DNA of 64,000 nt from Callorhinchus milii (Eukaryota): positions 63,552,001 through 63,616,000 of the forward strand of contig NW_024704743.1 in the NCBI RefSeq assembly GCF_018977255.1, written 5' to 3'. Shown here in pieces: positions 1 through 11,370 of this stretch. The position numbers were made by a program, and so were the translations under genes. The first letter of the stretch is position 1, and each line of letters opens with the position of its first letter. The notes below the pieces were generated by a model that saw only the letters and a list, made by a program, of their open reading frames with translations, did no database searches and was not told the origin of the DNA.

Positions 1-839
1 GCCATATCTGTCAAACAAACAAAGAAAACATAAAATAAATGTAAATATCTACAGTGAATGCATCAGAAAGAGTAAATTAATGAGAAAAGTTCCATAAGGG
101 TTGTACTTTGCAAACATGGAAAGACATTAGTTTGCAAACAAATTATCCTTGTGAACAGGCTAGAAAATAAATCCTACTTTATTAACCATTAGGGTATCAT
201 AAATCCAGAATATTATGTTATTTCATGGACTGGCATTTTTGTTAAATGATGATTCATATGTATGATTGTTATAATACAGATATCATTACTGGAGATGTCA
301 GGAATGACTGAACTGAACAGACCGCAGATTGTATAAAATAACAAATATGTGGCATGGACTCCAGTGGTGGGCAGGAGGGGTAGGGGAGAGAGAGAAGAAG
401 GAAGGGAAGAATTCTAATCACTTCAGAAAATGGATCAGAACCAACTGCTTAGTAGAAAACTGAAGCTGTAGATTTAAAGCTATTTTAATTTTTATTTTTA
501 CAAAAAGCTAATAAAAAGCTTTCAGAGTACTAGTGGGAGAAAGTGTTTTCCATTTATAAGACTTTATTCGATGAGCCATCAAACAAATAACAGCTAAATG
601 GAATGTATGCGATGAAGCAAATTAATATTCTAGAGTAAGTCATTGGTCATAGGTGAGTAGTAAAATGCCTCTCTCATATCATATAGATTTGATTTTAAAA
701 GCCATGATACTCCCCATCTTTGTTCCAATGTACAACAGCTGCTAGAACAAGTGAAGTATTCAATAGGAAATGTCAGTGAGGAGGAGGAAACTAAGATATG
801 AAGCCCTAACAAATATTAAAAGACATCAGCTCAATAATC

Positions 840-2660
840 AGTGAGGGGGGGGAACGAGGGTGATCGAAGGCACAGTCGAAGAGGAAGGTCTTGAGGTGGA
901 TTTTGAAGGAGGCAATGGAGGGAGCAAGGCGGAGGGACTGCGAGATGGAGTTCTAGAGGGTGGGGCAGAGTAACTGAAGGCTGGCCAGCCAATGGTGGGG
1001 CGGGCGAGACAGGGGACGTGAAACAGGCCCGAACCCATTGAGCGGAGGGAACGGGTAGGTCGGTAGGGGGTTAGGAGATCGCAGAGGAGGGCGGTGTAAG
1101 GCCATGGAGGGCTTTGAAGGTGAGGAACAGAATCTTGAACTGTATCCTCTGTGTGATGGAAAGTCAGTGGTGTCAGGCGAGGATGGTGGTGATAGGGTCA
1201 CAGAACCTAGTGTGGGAAAGGACACGGGCTGCAGAGATCTGGGTGATCCGCAGCCTATGGAGGGAGGAGTGAAGGAGGTCGACAAGCAGGGAGTTTGCAT
1301 AGTTGGATGTTATGAATGCGTGTATGAGGGTTTCGGCGGCCTGCGGTGTGAGACACTAACGGAGCTGGGGGAAAGCAGAGCGCGTCATGGCACAGATGTG
1401 GGGTACAAAGGATAGTTGAGGGTCAAACAATATGCTAAGGTTCCAGATTGGCTCAGTAAGGTGGAATGTGCATCCTTGGATGGTGATGTTGTCAGTGCCT
1501 GAGGTGTGGAGACACTGACGGGAGCCAATTAGGAGAACCTCGGTCTTGTTGACGTTCAACTGAAGAAAGTTAGCTCTCATTCAGGAGTTGATGTCTGACA
1601 GACAATCGGTCAGAAAAGCAGTGGTCCTCGAGTCAAGAGTGGAGGCAAAGAGATATGGAGTTGATGCGGATGATGTCACCAAGAGGAAGCATATAGATAT
1701 TGAAGAGGAGGAGACAGAGCCCTGAGGAACGCCGAACAAGACGGTGTGGGGGCTAGAGGAGGAACCGTTTGTGGCGATGAAGTGGAGACGGTGTGAAATA
1801 TAGGATCTGATCCATTCAAGGTCAACGGTATCAAAGACAGCAGAGAGGTCAAGGAGGACAAGGAGGCAGAGGGAGCCCTGGTCACAGATGGACAAAATGT
1901 CACTTTGATCAAAGCTGTTTCTGTGCTGTGGGCGGCACGGAAACCCGATTGGAGAGATTCGTGAAGGGAGTGACGGGAGAGGAAGGAGTGAAGCTGGGAA
2001 GCAACGACTCGTTCCAGGACCATGGAAGAGAAAGGGAGGTTGGAGATGGGGTGCTAATTTGAGAGCAGTCAAGGGAGGGTTTTTTTAAGAATAGGAGTGA
2101 TGACGGCCATTTTTAAAGGGGTGGGAATGGTGCCAGTGGACAGGGAGAGGTTTATGATGTCTGTAAGTAGAGGGTCAAGGAGGTAGAGCTCGGAGGTAAG
2201 GAGAGGGGTAGGGATGGGGTCAAGGGAGCAGGTGGTCGGTTTCATGTGGGTTATATTGGTGATGAGAGAGGATGGGGAGACAAATTCGAAGGTGTGGAGG
2301 GAGGGATGGGTAGAGACCGGGCTGTGAGAGGGAGATGTGGAGGGGGTAGTAGATGGAAGGGCAGAGGCACTTGAGAGGATCCCGTCGACTTTGGTTTTGA
2401 GGAAGTCCAGCATCACCTCACAGTGATCACCTTTGGCATTTGAGGTGAGGATGGGCGAGGCATGAGAGGGTGGGCGGAGGAGCCGGTTGGTGATGGAGAA
2501 GAGTAGCCTGGGGTTGTCCTTGGCCTCCAAGATTGTCTTGGAGCAGAAGGACGATTTAGCACAGGCGAAGGCTGAGCGGTAAGTTTTGATAAGGTGCAGC
2601 CAGATCTGCTGATGGACCATTAAATTAGATTTGAGCCAGTGTGGTCAGCGGCACGCATCT
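840..2660 (-). mobile_element. L2-clade LINE, 5'-truncated, internally deleted
   Basis: Fragmented ORF2: TTCSLDPIPT, LQSGFRAAHSTETAL, LLDLSAVFDTVD, GVPQGS, MRANFLQLNVNKTEVLLIG. Confidence 0.92.
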
Positions 2661-3089
2661 GTGCTTTACACACAAATATGAACTTAAATATTAACTTCAT
2701 TTGCACTCATTTGCATATTTGGCATAATAGGTAATCTCTGGCATAGTAAGTATTCCAAGTATAAATTGTTAACTGTCAGAGCACGGCACTTGACAAACAA
2801 GGACTGTCCAACTCACATTTTGGCCCAGAGTTGAAGATATGTCCATACACAGATAAGGTTGGCAACAATAATAGCTTGAATTACTCAGAACCTGCCAAGT
2901 TTTTTCTTCGCTGAGCCAGTTCAACCTTAGGGAAACACGGGTTCTCCCTGCAGTCAATGGAAAACTCACAGCATAAATGAGATATTAACAAACTTTGATG
3001 AGATAGTTACACCAATGCACATTCTGATAAACATTCAAGCACTTTACATTTCTCAACAAAGTTCTTTAAATGGGTATCATAGTACTTAC

Positions 3090-3268
3090 TGTTTGGACTC
3101 GGCATACAATGGTAAGTATCTGTATCCTCCAACTCCAAAGGGATCAGACCATGGTTAGGGTGGTGACGTCTTCCAATAGCTGACCCAGTAAATGGTGTTC
3201 CGCCATTCTCTTCTATACTGAACTGCTGCAGGTCACTGCTGTTTAACAATGGTGCTACCAAAGGATGG
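3090..3268 (-). CDS. EPB41L4B: EPB41L4B long-isoform exon (179 bp): SHPLVAPLLNSSDLQQFSIEENGGTPFTGSAIGRRHHPNHGLIPLELEDTDTYHCMPSPN
   Basis: ttgcag acceptor in phase 2 matching the 23453 donor; IEENGGTPF motif; gtaagt donor at 3089 (3' boundary somewhat less certain). Confidence 0.87.
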
Positions 3269-3871
3269 CTGCAATTTTAGGTACAATAAAGTAAAATAAA
3301 CTCACAAGAATGAAACCAAACTTGTTAGTTAACATATTCCTAAAAAAGGAAGAGGATGGGGGGAGGGAAAGGTTGTGATTATAAAATAATATTAAACCGC
3401 AGCTTGAGTTACAAATCTAGGACCAAGGCTTTTTGTTCAACTCAAGACCATTTTACCTCTATTTGCTGCTGTACAATGTTTACACTAGCACAAACATTCA
3501 TAAAATAACAATAAGCCCAAGTTGTGTGGAACCCAGTGCTGAGTCAGATCAAAACCTTTTGCTGCTTATCTGCAACATCACTGGAGAAATATTTGTGGGA
3601 AAAAACAAGTGGATACAACTCACAATGATGTGAAATGGAAGAAGAGTGCCTTAGTACTACTCCTTGATTTGGTCTAAGTAAATTCTAAAATTCCAAGCAA
3701 AATCTTATTGTAGTACATAGATATGTATTTCATAATGCAGATTATTGCACTTATGCATTGGAATTCACCTTCTTGCGTTATTCAACAGGTGATGAATGAT
3801 GTTCTCTTGGGCATGCTGATTCACACATACATGTTAATAAAAGAATATTCGGAAAAATATTTCATCATAGA

Positions 3872-4665
3872 ACAACAAAATTACATTTGTAAAGCGCCTT
3901 TCATGTTGGGAGGTCATCCCAAGGGGCTGATCACAGATCAGGACCCGAGCTTGGGGGGCAGGGTTGGGATGAGGGAGGGCAGAGGGGGTAAGGAGGGCAG
4001 CTGAAGGCACGGTCCCAAAGGAGGATCTTGAGTCGTGCCTTGAAGGAGGCAAGAGGGGGAGCAAGGTGAAGGGATTGTGGGATGGAATTCCAAAGAGAGG
4101 GGGCAGGGAGGCTGAAAGCCTGGCCGCTGATGGTAGGGTGGGTCGGGCGGTGATTTGGAGCAGGCCAGAGCCTGCTGAGTGGAGGGAGTGGACAGGTTGA
4201 TAGGTGGTTATCAGGCCAGAGATGTAGGAGGGGGTAAGGCCATGGAGGGTCTTGAAAGTGAGGACGAGAATATTGAATTCTATCCTCTGAGGGATGGGGA
4301 GCCAGTGGAGTTGGGCAAGGATGGGGGTGATAATGTCATGGAGCCTGGTGCGGGCAAGGACATGAGCTGCAGAGTTCTGGATGATCTGCAGCTTGTGGAG
4401 GGAAGAGTTGGGGAAGCCAACAAGGAGTTTCTGTAGTTGAGGCTTGAGGTGATGAATGCGTGTATGAGGGTTTTGGCAGCCTGAGGGGTGAGGCCCTGGC
4501 AGAGTTGGGCAATGTTGCGGAGGTGGGGGAAGGTAGGGCGTGTCATGGCACGGATATGTGGGAGAAAGGACAGTTGAGGGTTGAACATCCGCGTACATGT
4601 GGAACTTGACCCCATGTCTGCAGATGATGTCGCCAAGGGGGAGCATTAAGAGGAGGGGACCGAGG
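3872..4665 (-). mobile_element. L2-clade LINE 3' fragment with tail
   Basis: FHMYAD, LQIIQNSAA, LHWLPIPQRIEF motifs; stem-loop tail ending in (TTG)n at 3872. Confidence 0.92.
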
Positions 4666-5256
4666 TCAGAGATAATGTATGAAACAATTATTATAAAATA
4701 TAATTGATAGGAAACCAAGTGACTATTGTAATATAACATGGCAGCTAATGTGTAGTCATAATGTCCTGTAAACATGAGTACTCCATAAAAATGACCCAAT
4801 TAATTTGAATTTGGGGTAAATGCAAGCAATTTCATTGGAGAATACGAATGACAGGTGGTCCCTTTATATCCACCTGAATCACAAAGCATATGGGATTTAT
4901 AACTAAAGGGGATGATGATCTAGAATATATAATTGCAAGTTGCTATTGCAGTCATACTTTTATTCTCTGAATCTTTGCCTACATTACACAAGACACTAGA
5001 CGTTACAGTAAATCCTGTGAAGTGCTTTCTGACATGAAATGCTAGGATAATTATCCCTTAATACTCTGGCTTACCACTATCTATCTACATTTCAGCACCT
5101 CAACCAATTCTGTATTTATGACCTACCATTACATATTCTCACAATGAAGAAATGTTTTCTGTCTTCACTTTTAACCATTTTAGCTCCAAATTTAACTTTA
5201 TAATAATTCCCTATTACTGTACATTTCTGCTTTTATTCATGAAATGACTAAATACT

Positions 5257-5747
5257 TCCACCATCTCCATAAAATACAGATTATCCCAAGCTCTGCAGCT
5301 CGTATCCTCTCCCGCACCTGGCTCCATGACCCCATCACACCCACCCTCGCCTGGCTCCACTGGTTCCCCATCCCTCAGAGGTTCGAGTTCAAAATCCTCG
5401 TCCTCACCCTCAAGGCCCTCAACGGCCTTGCCCCCTCCTACTTGCTAATCCCTTATCAACCTGTCCGCTCAGCAGGCTCCGTCCAGCCTGCTCCATGGCC
5501 CCCGCCCAGCCCGTCCCACCATTGGCATTCGGGCCTTCAGCCTCACTGCCCCCAACCTCTGAAACTCCATCCCACATTCCCTTCGTCTTGCTCCCTCTCT
5601 TGCCTCCTTCAAGGCACACCTCAAGACCCTCTCTTCGACCGAGCCTTCGGCCACCTCCTACCCTCTCTGCCTCCCCCCCTCCCCGCTTGGGTCCTAGTCC
5701 GACGTCCTCCCAATGTGAAAGGTGCTTTACAAATGCAATTTTGTATT
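5257..5747 (+). mobile_element. L2-clade LINE 3' fragment
   Basis: HDPITPTLAWLHWFPIPQRFEFKILVLT; tail ...gacgtcctcccaatgtgaaaggtgctttacaaatgcaattttg. Confidence 0.9.
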
Positions 5748-5924
5748 TTATTGGAATTCAGTGACACAGGAGATGGTTCAATCTGTATGAAAGAGATAAA
5801 GTCTGTTATGAATAAAGGAAGATATTTTGCTCACAGAATTGATGCTCACAGACAGAATTCAAGCGCTCTGAGACACCGTCCGGCGTGGAGGGCGCTATAT
5901 AAATCCAAGTTGTTGTTGTTGTAT

Positions 5925-6085
5925 TTAACCCCATTCAAGACTGAGATTGATAGATTTCTTGTGGATAAAGGGATATGGGGATAAAGCGGGTAGGTGGGGT
6001 TAGAATAGATCAGCCATGATCTTATTGAATGGCGGGGCAGGCTCGAGGGGCCAAATGGCCTACTCCTGCTCCTAATTCTTATGAT
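5925..6085 (+). mobile_element. CR1 LINE 3' end fragment
   Basis: FKTEIDRFL coding end plus CR1-type 3' UTR ggccaaatggcctactcctgctcctaattcttatg. Confidence 0.8.
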
Positions 6086-7014
6086 TACATCTTTCCCATG
6101 CCTGAACAGAATGTTAGGAAACTGAGCAGTCTGTACAGGATTTATACTGAACATGGTCATGGGTGGTTCATTTGGTAGGAGGCATTACATCACCTTTAAT
6201 GCACTGACGTTTGATTTCAAACTGAAATCCACAGGAACTTTTCATCAGGTGTTAATATGAGGTTGACATGACTCTAATTTGCAGTATTAGACAACTCAGA
6301 GATAAGGTGGGTATTTTTACACTGAAATCCAACAGAGTAAATAACTCCCTACTATTTATGCTTGCTTGCTGACTGTACTTGTGATGCAAGTTATTGTGCC
6401 ATGAGAGATGAATATTTGCAGCAAAGGTACTACGGCCATAAAAAATGTAAATATAATCTTGTCCACCTGTGCTGCTCCTTTGAGTCCTGTGAATCCGATT
6501 TACCAGACCCTTTGTTCCTTGTCCTCTCTTAGGTTCATGACTTTTTAACTTAATTTTTCAGTATCTTCTATGAATATACTCTGTAGGTTGTGAAGATGCA
6601 ATAGATTTACAGCTTCAGTATTTATAGTTCCAAACTCGGTTGCTTTCTTCCACCATATCTGGGTTCTTCAAAATTAACTGTTCATGTTTGCATGGACGAG
6701 TTGGGCAGATTGGCTTATTTCCATACTGTAACTAAGTAATTTTTTTCATCACTTATTATACTATTCTGTTAAACATTTCTCTATCCTACAGAGCTATACA
6801 TCACCAATCTTATGTTGTTTTTTCATGGTAAACATTTTTTTTATTACTTATTTCTCCTTCACATTTCCAACATTTGTTCAATATTATATTTGAAAAATTA
6901 CACTACAGGTTTACAAAATGATCTGTCTGCCTATTAATGTGGATTTTAAAGACTGCGTGACACTATTCACAAAGGGAAAAGGAGTTTCTCTCAGGGTCCT
7001 GGCCAACAGTGCAT

Positions 7015-7430
7015 CTGCCTGGCTTAGTTGGTAGCTGTCTTGTCTCCGAGTGAGGGGTTCTGGGTCCAAGCCTCACATCGGGACTTTGAACTCAACCGTC
7101 TAGAATAAGCGCTCTGAGACACTACCCTGCGTTGAGGGCGATATATAAGTGCAAGTTGTTGTTGTAGAACAACACTTCACTGTAGTGCTGGTGGTGTGCT
7201 ACATTGTTAGATGAGATATTAAACTAGGATCCCATTGTTCAATGGACGTTAAAAATCCAATGGCACTATTCAGAAAAAAAAGGGACGTTTAACCCAGTTA
7301 AACCTTAGCCAACAACCCGTTGGATAAAATTAGTCATTCACTTCATGGCTGGTTGTGGGACATTGCTGTATGCTGATTGACTGCTGTGTCTACCTACAAA
7401 ATGCAGTCACTACACTTGATAATAATACTT
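7015..7430 (+). mobile_element. Old Deu-domain SINE, interrupted by a short L2 tail (~7106-7165)
   Basis: Degenerate tRNA head (ggcttagttggtagc...gggtccaagcc) and Deu-like core gatgagatattaaac...ggacgttaaaaatccaatggcactatt...tgtgggacattgctgt. Confidence 0.65.
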
Positions 7431-9640
7431 GCACGTGATACATACCTGAAAACCTTGCAGAGGAAAAAAAGCAGTAGATGTTCAGAAAAAAACCTGCAGA
7501 TTTGTTTAAAAAACAGGAGATTTTAGCAGCATTAATATTAACCCAGTTAAGTGCCTCTCAAAAAAAACTTATCAGAAGTAAAAAGCAGATTTTCTGTAGC
7601 ATTTCTTCCAAGCGATTTTTTGTTACTTAAAAACTTAATAACTAAAAAACATGTTATAGAATTCTTTACTGAAATGTACCCCCAAACCACTATATTTATA
7701 TATATATAACTATAAAAATATAAAAACGTTATATATATATAACTATAACATAAAAATATCAAACAAATAACATGTTTAATTTAATGTGCTCATTCTTCTT
7801 TCAATTTTAAATTATTCCGTACGCTAAAAATCCACTCTGCATTTTCAAACTCCACAAGCCCACATGACGCCCACAGCTCAACAAGGATTGGTTTAGCCGT
7901 GGTTATCAGAAGAGCTGTATTTTAAAAACTAGCGCGATATCTGCTTCCCTTAGACTGTTGAGCTTAGATTGTGACCTACTAACTCTATAACTTCCCCCGC
8001 CCAGCCCACTGCACCAACGACTGTCGGGCCATTAGCCTCTGTCCCCCACCCTTTGGAACTCCATCCCACAGTCCCTTCACCTCGCTACCTCTCTTGCCTC
8101 CTTCAAGGCACGTCTCAAGACCCTCTTCTTCAACTGCACCACCTTCCTACCCTTACCCTCTCTAAATTTGTAAACCCATAGATGTAAAAACCCTTAGTCG
8201 ACAGGGAAAGCCCGTAGAGTTGGCAGGTATGTGATTCAAGAAGACTCGCAGCAGGACTTTGAACTCCAGGATAAAATGTCAGTGCAGTGCCCAAGGTGTG
8301 CTACATTGTTAGATGAGATATTAAACTATTATGTTGTCAAAATGTCTCAAAGCACTTTACAGGATATATTGTAAAGTGGTTTAAAGTGATATACAGTAAA
8401 TCCTGTGAAGCAATTTGAGACGTCCTCCTGATACAAGTGCTATATCAAATGTAAGGATTATTATTAAACAATCCCCCAGATAATGAATTGCCCATTCACT
8501 TCACGGCCATTTGTGCGACAATGCTGTGCGCAAATGTATTTGCCAATGAATATACAAATACTTTTAAAAAATTCTGTGAAGCACTTTGAGGCACTTGTTT
8601 TCAAATCCCTTCATGCTCTCCCTCAATACCTCCACCTTGCCCTTTCCCTTCCCACTTTCAAGTCCTGCCTAAAGACCTTCCTTTTTAATCGTGCTTATGG
8701 TCACCTCCCCCTCCCTTTCCCCCAGCTCTTTGTTAAGACTCCGCCACTATCAAACACTCCGGGATGCTATCCTGCATGAAGGGCACTATAACAATGCAAG
8801 TTGTTGTTGTTACGGCACAAGGCTCTTTAGTATAATAAAGATCAGAAAGGTGCTAATCTGGATTTTAAATTAACTGATCTCAGCCAGATCAACAGTTTCA
8901 GCAGTACAATTGGATCCCTGGAGTTACAGGAGAGAAAAACAGTCAAGGTTTTTGCTATGATTATCATTCAAAGCCCCTGCTAAAAGGTATACATAGTTCT
9001 CAAGACCCTCCTCTTCCACTGTGCCTTTGGTTACCCTCCTACCCCTACCCTCGCGGCCCACCAATACTCCTGATCCCAACCACCAGCTCGGGTGCGGATC
9101 CCTGACTATCAGCACCTTGGGACATCATCCTGACGTGAAAGGCGCTAATCAATTTGTAATTTGAGAATCCACATCCTTAATTCTTATGAGAATTGTTTGC
9201 CAACAGTCGAACCGCCCTCCAGCAATCATACACAAGCAATGGCTCAATGGACTACATACCAGATGTCACTCAGTACCCATGAAACTAAAACTGTACCCAA
9301 TAGAAGGAAAAAGAATCAAATGCTTTTGGAACATGGGCTGGGATTGGGGGGGGGGGGGGGGGTTGTAGGGGAAAGAGAATTGGTAGAGTAAATTAACAGA
9401 TTAAATGGTCACGATCCCAACAGTCTGATACAGAAGATAAATGCTCCTCCATTCTTTCCAATAGCTGGAGGTAATTGATGAACAAGAGAGCTTGATGTCC
9501 CGTAAAGGAATTGTAATTGCGTCTCTTCTGATCTTTTAAGGATGTGGTTTGATTGAGCTTCCTCCCATCATCCACCCACTCCTCATCAGAGACATCATTA
9601 AGTTTCCTGTCATGTTTTTGAAAGTACTGATGGGGATATA

Positions 9641-9754
9641 CTGGGTGACCAAAAAGTTGTAATACCATCACAATGTCTAATAAGTCTCAAAGAAATCGTG
9701 ATATATATATATATTAGATAATGGAGTAGATATCATGACGTTTTGGTCACCCTG
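9641..9754. mobile_element. Tc1/mariner-type MITE (114 bp)
   Basis: Imperfect TIRs C(T/A)GGGTGACCAAAA, TA dinucleotide on both sides. Confidence 0.65.
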
Positions 9755-10822
9755 TATATATATTCTGTAGTTAGCAGTCAGGAAGCTCTCCAATGGAGTG
9801 GAATGATGTGTGAACTGCATTAGCTTTTATTTTTGAGAGACAACCACGTCTGTTTTCTCATGCCCCAGAGATTTGCAACCAAAACTAGAAAATGTGTTCT
9901 CTTTCTGAGTATCTATGCAGTAAATTCTTTGCTGGAGACGGAGGTGGAAGCAGAGTCCTCAAAAGAAAGTAATAATGCCACACTGTTCAACAGAGCCAAG
10001 TGAAGCTTATAGGTACGGACACTAAGTTTAAGCTTGATGTATCTATTCCGACTGGAATATCCAGTAGGAATAGATACATTGTCTATCTAAAAAAGATATA
10101 ATGGCTGGGAAAAAAAACTTAACGGTGAATATAGCATCCCACACTTGGCCTTTAACATAAGACTTTTAATAAAAAGACAATATTCACTAAAGAAGCACCT
10201 AGTTAAGTGCTCTGAGATGTTATTCTACACGAAGGGCATAACAGTCAAGCTTGTTTTTAACAACGACTCAGGGGACTGGACCAAAATGGCCTGAGGTACC
10301 AGTGGCCTTTCAGTAAGGCTTCCTTGGTTCGTTGACTGGGCCCCAACATTTTTTTGAAATTACTGCGGACCAAAATTTTCTGTGGGCCCGCGTGTAGCCT
10401 CCTGCTAGATTCCAAACACATTTGCCAATACCGCCTCACCATTGAGGTGGGAAGCTGTGGGCATCATGTGAGGTGCTCAGTGCGGTGTTGGTAAATGCAC
10501 TAGGAGTCTAGCGGGAGTATACACATGGGCTCGTGGAAATTGATAATGCATTACTGAACACGTAAATTCAACTGGCCTCTGTCTGTATACCAAACAGGGC
10601 TTAAAAATGGGCCATTGATTGCAGTAGACAGCTGGTTGCTGAATAGAGGTGTTCCAGGGGGATTGTTGACCGCAGGTGATCGCTGAATACCACCAGTTAA
10701 ACCTGTTGCCTTTACAGGTTTGACTTTATATAAATGCAAGTTGTTGTTGTTTGTGTTGCAATTACTTTCACGTAGCCTGAGACAAAAGATGGCCATGCAT
10801 TTTGAACTGAATAAACAAGTTG

Positions 10823-11370
10823 ATAACAACAACAAATTACATTTATATAGCACCTTTCACGTTGGCAGGACATCCCAAGGTGCCGGGCAATGGGAGGTTT
10901 GCATCCCAGCTGTGGGATCAGAGAGGGGAGGAGGTCAAGGGGGGATGGAGGGCCTTGAAGGAGGAAAGGGAGCTGGCAAGGTGGAAGGGCCCCAGGATGG
11001 AGTTCCAGGGGGTGTGGGCAGAAAAGCTGAAGGTCCAATTGCCAATAGTGGAGCAGGCAGTGCGGGGGATGTGGAGCAAGCCAGTACCTGCGGAGCACAG
11101 AGAGCAGACAGGGTGGTGATGTCAAAGAGGTAGGGTGGAGTAAGACCGTCGATGGCTTTAAAAGTGAGGACAAGGGTCTTGAACTCAAACCTCTGGGAGA
11201 TGGGAGCCAGTGAAGCCTGGCAAGGATGAGGGTGATTGGCACATGAAGTGGGAGAGGACACGAGCTGCAGCGTTCTGAATTATCTGCAGCTTGTGGAGGG
11301 AAAACCTGGGCAGTCTGACAAGGAGGGAGTTCACATAGTCAAGCCTGGACGTAATGAAAGTGTGGATGAA
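10823..11370 (-). mobile_element. L2-clade LINE 3' fragment
   Basis: FITSRLDYVNSLL, LQIIQNAAARVL; (CAA)n tail at left end. Confidence 0.88.

Noticed and set aside
3007..3089. Read-through of the long-isoform exon to the stop at 3007
   Set aside because: A consensus GTAAGT donor lies at 3089 and the downstream peptide has no similarity to EPB41L4B
3834..4799. 321-aa ORF (and similar long ORFs at 5244, 44067, 46935) as host genes
   Set aside because: Frameshift-patched pieces of L2 ORF2 joined to flanking sequence
6203..6250. Minus-strand CTGATGA...AAACGTC as a hammerhead ribozyme
   Set aside because: Stem II is not adjacent to CTGATGA and GAAAC is missing
9393..9671. 92-aa minus-strand ORF as an extra EPB41L4B exon
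   Set aside because: No recognisable homology, no convincing splice sites, and its start lies inside the mariner-type MITE
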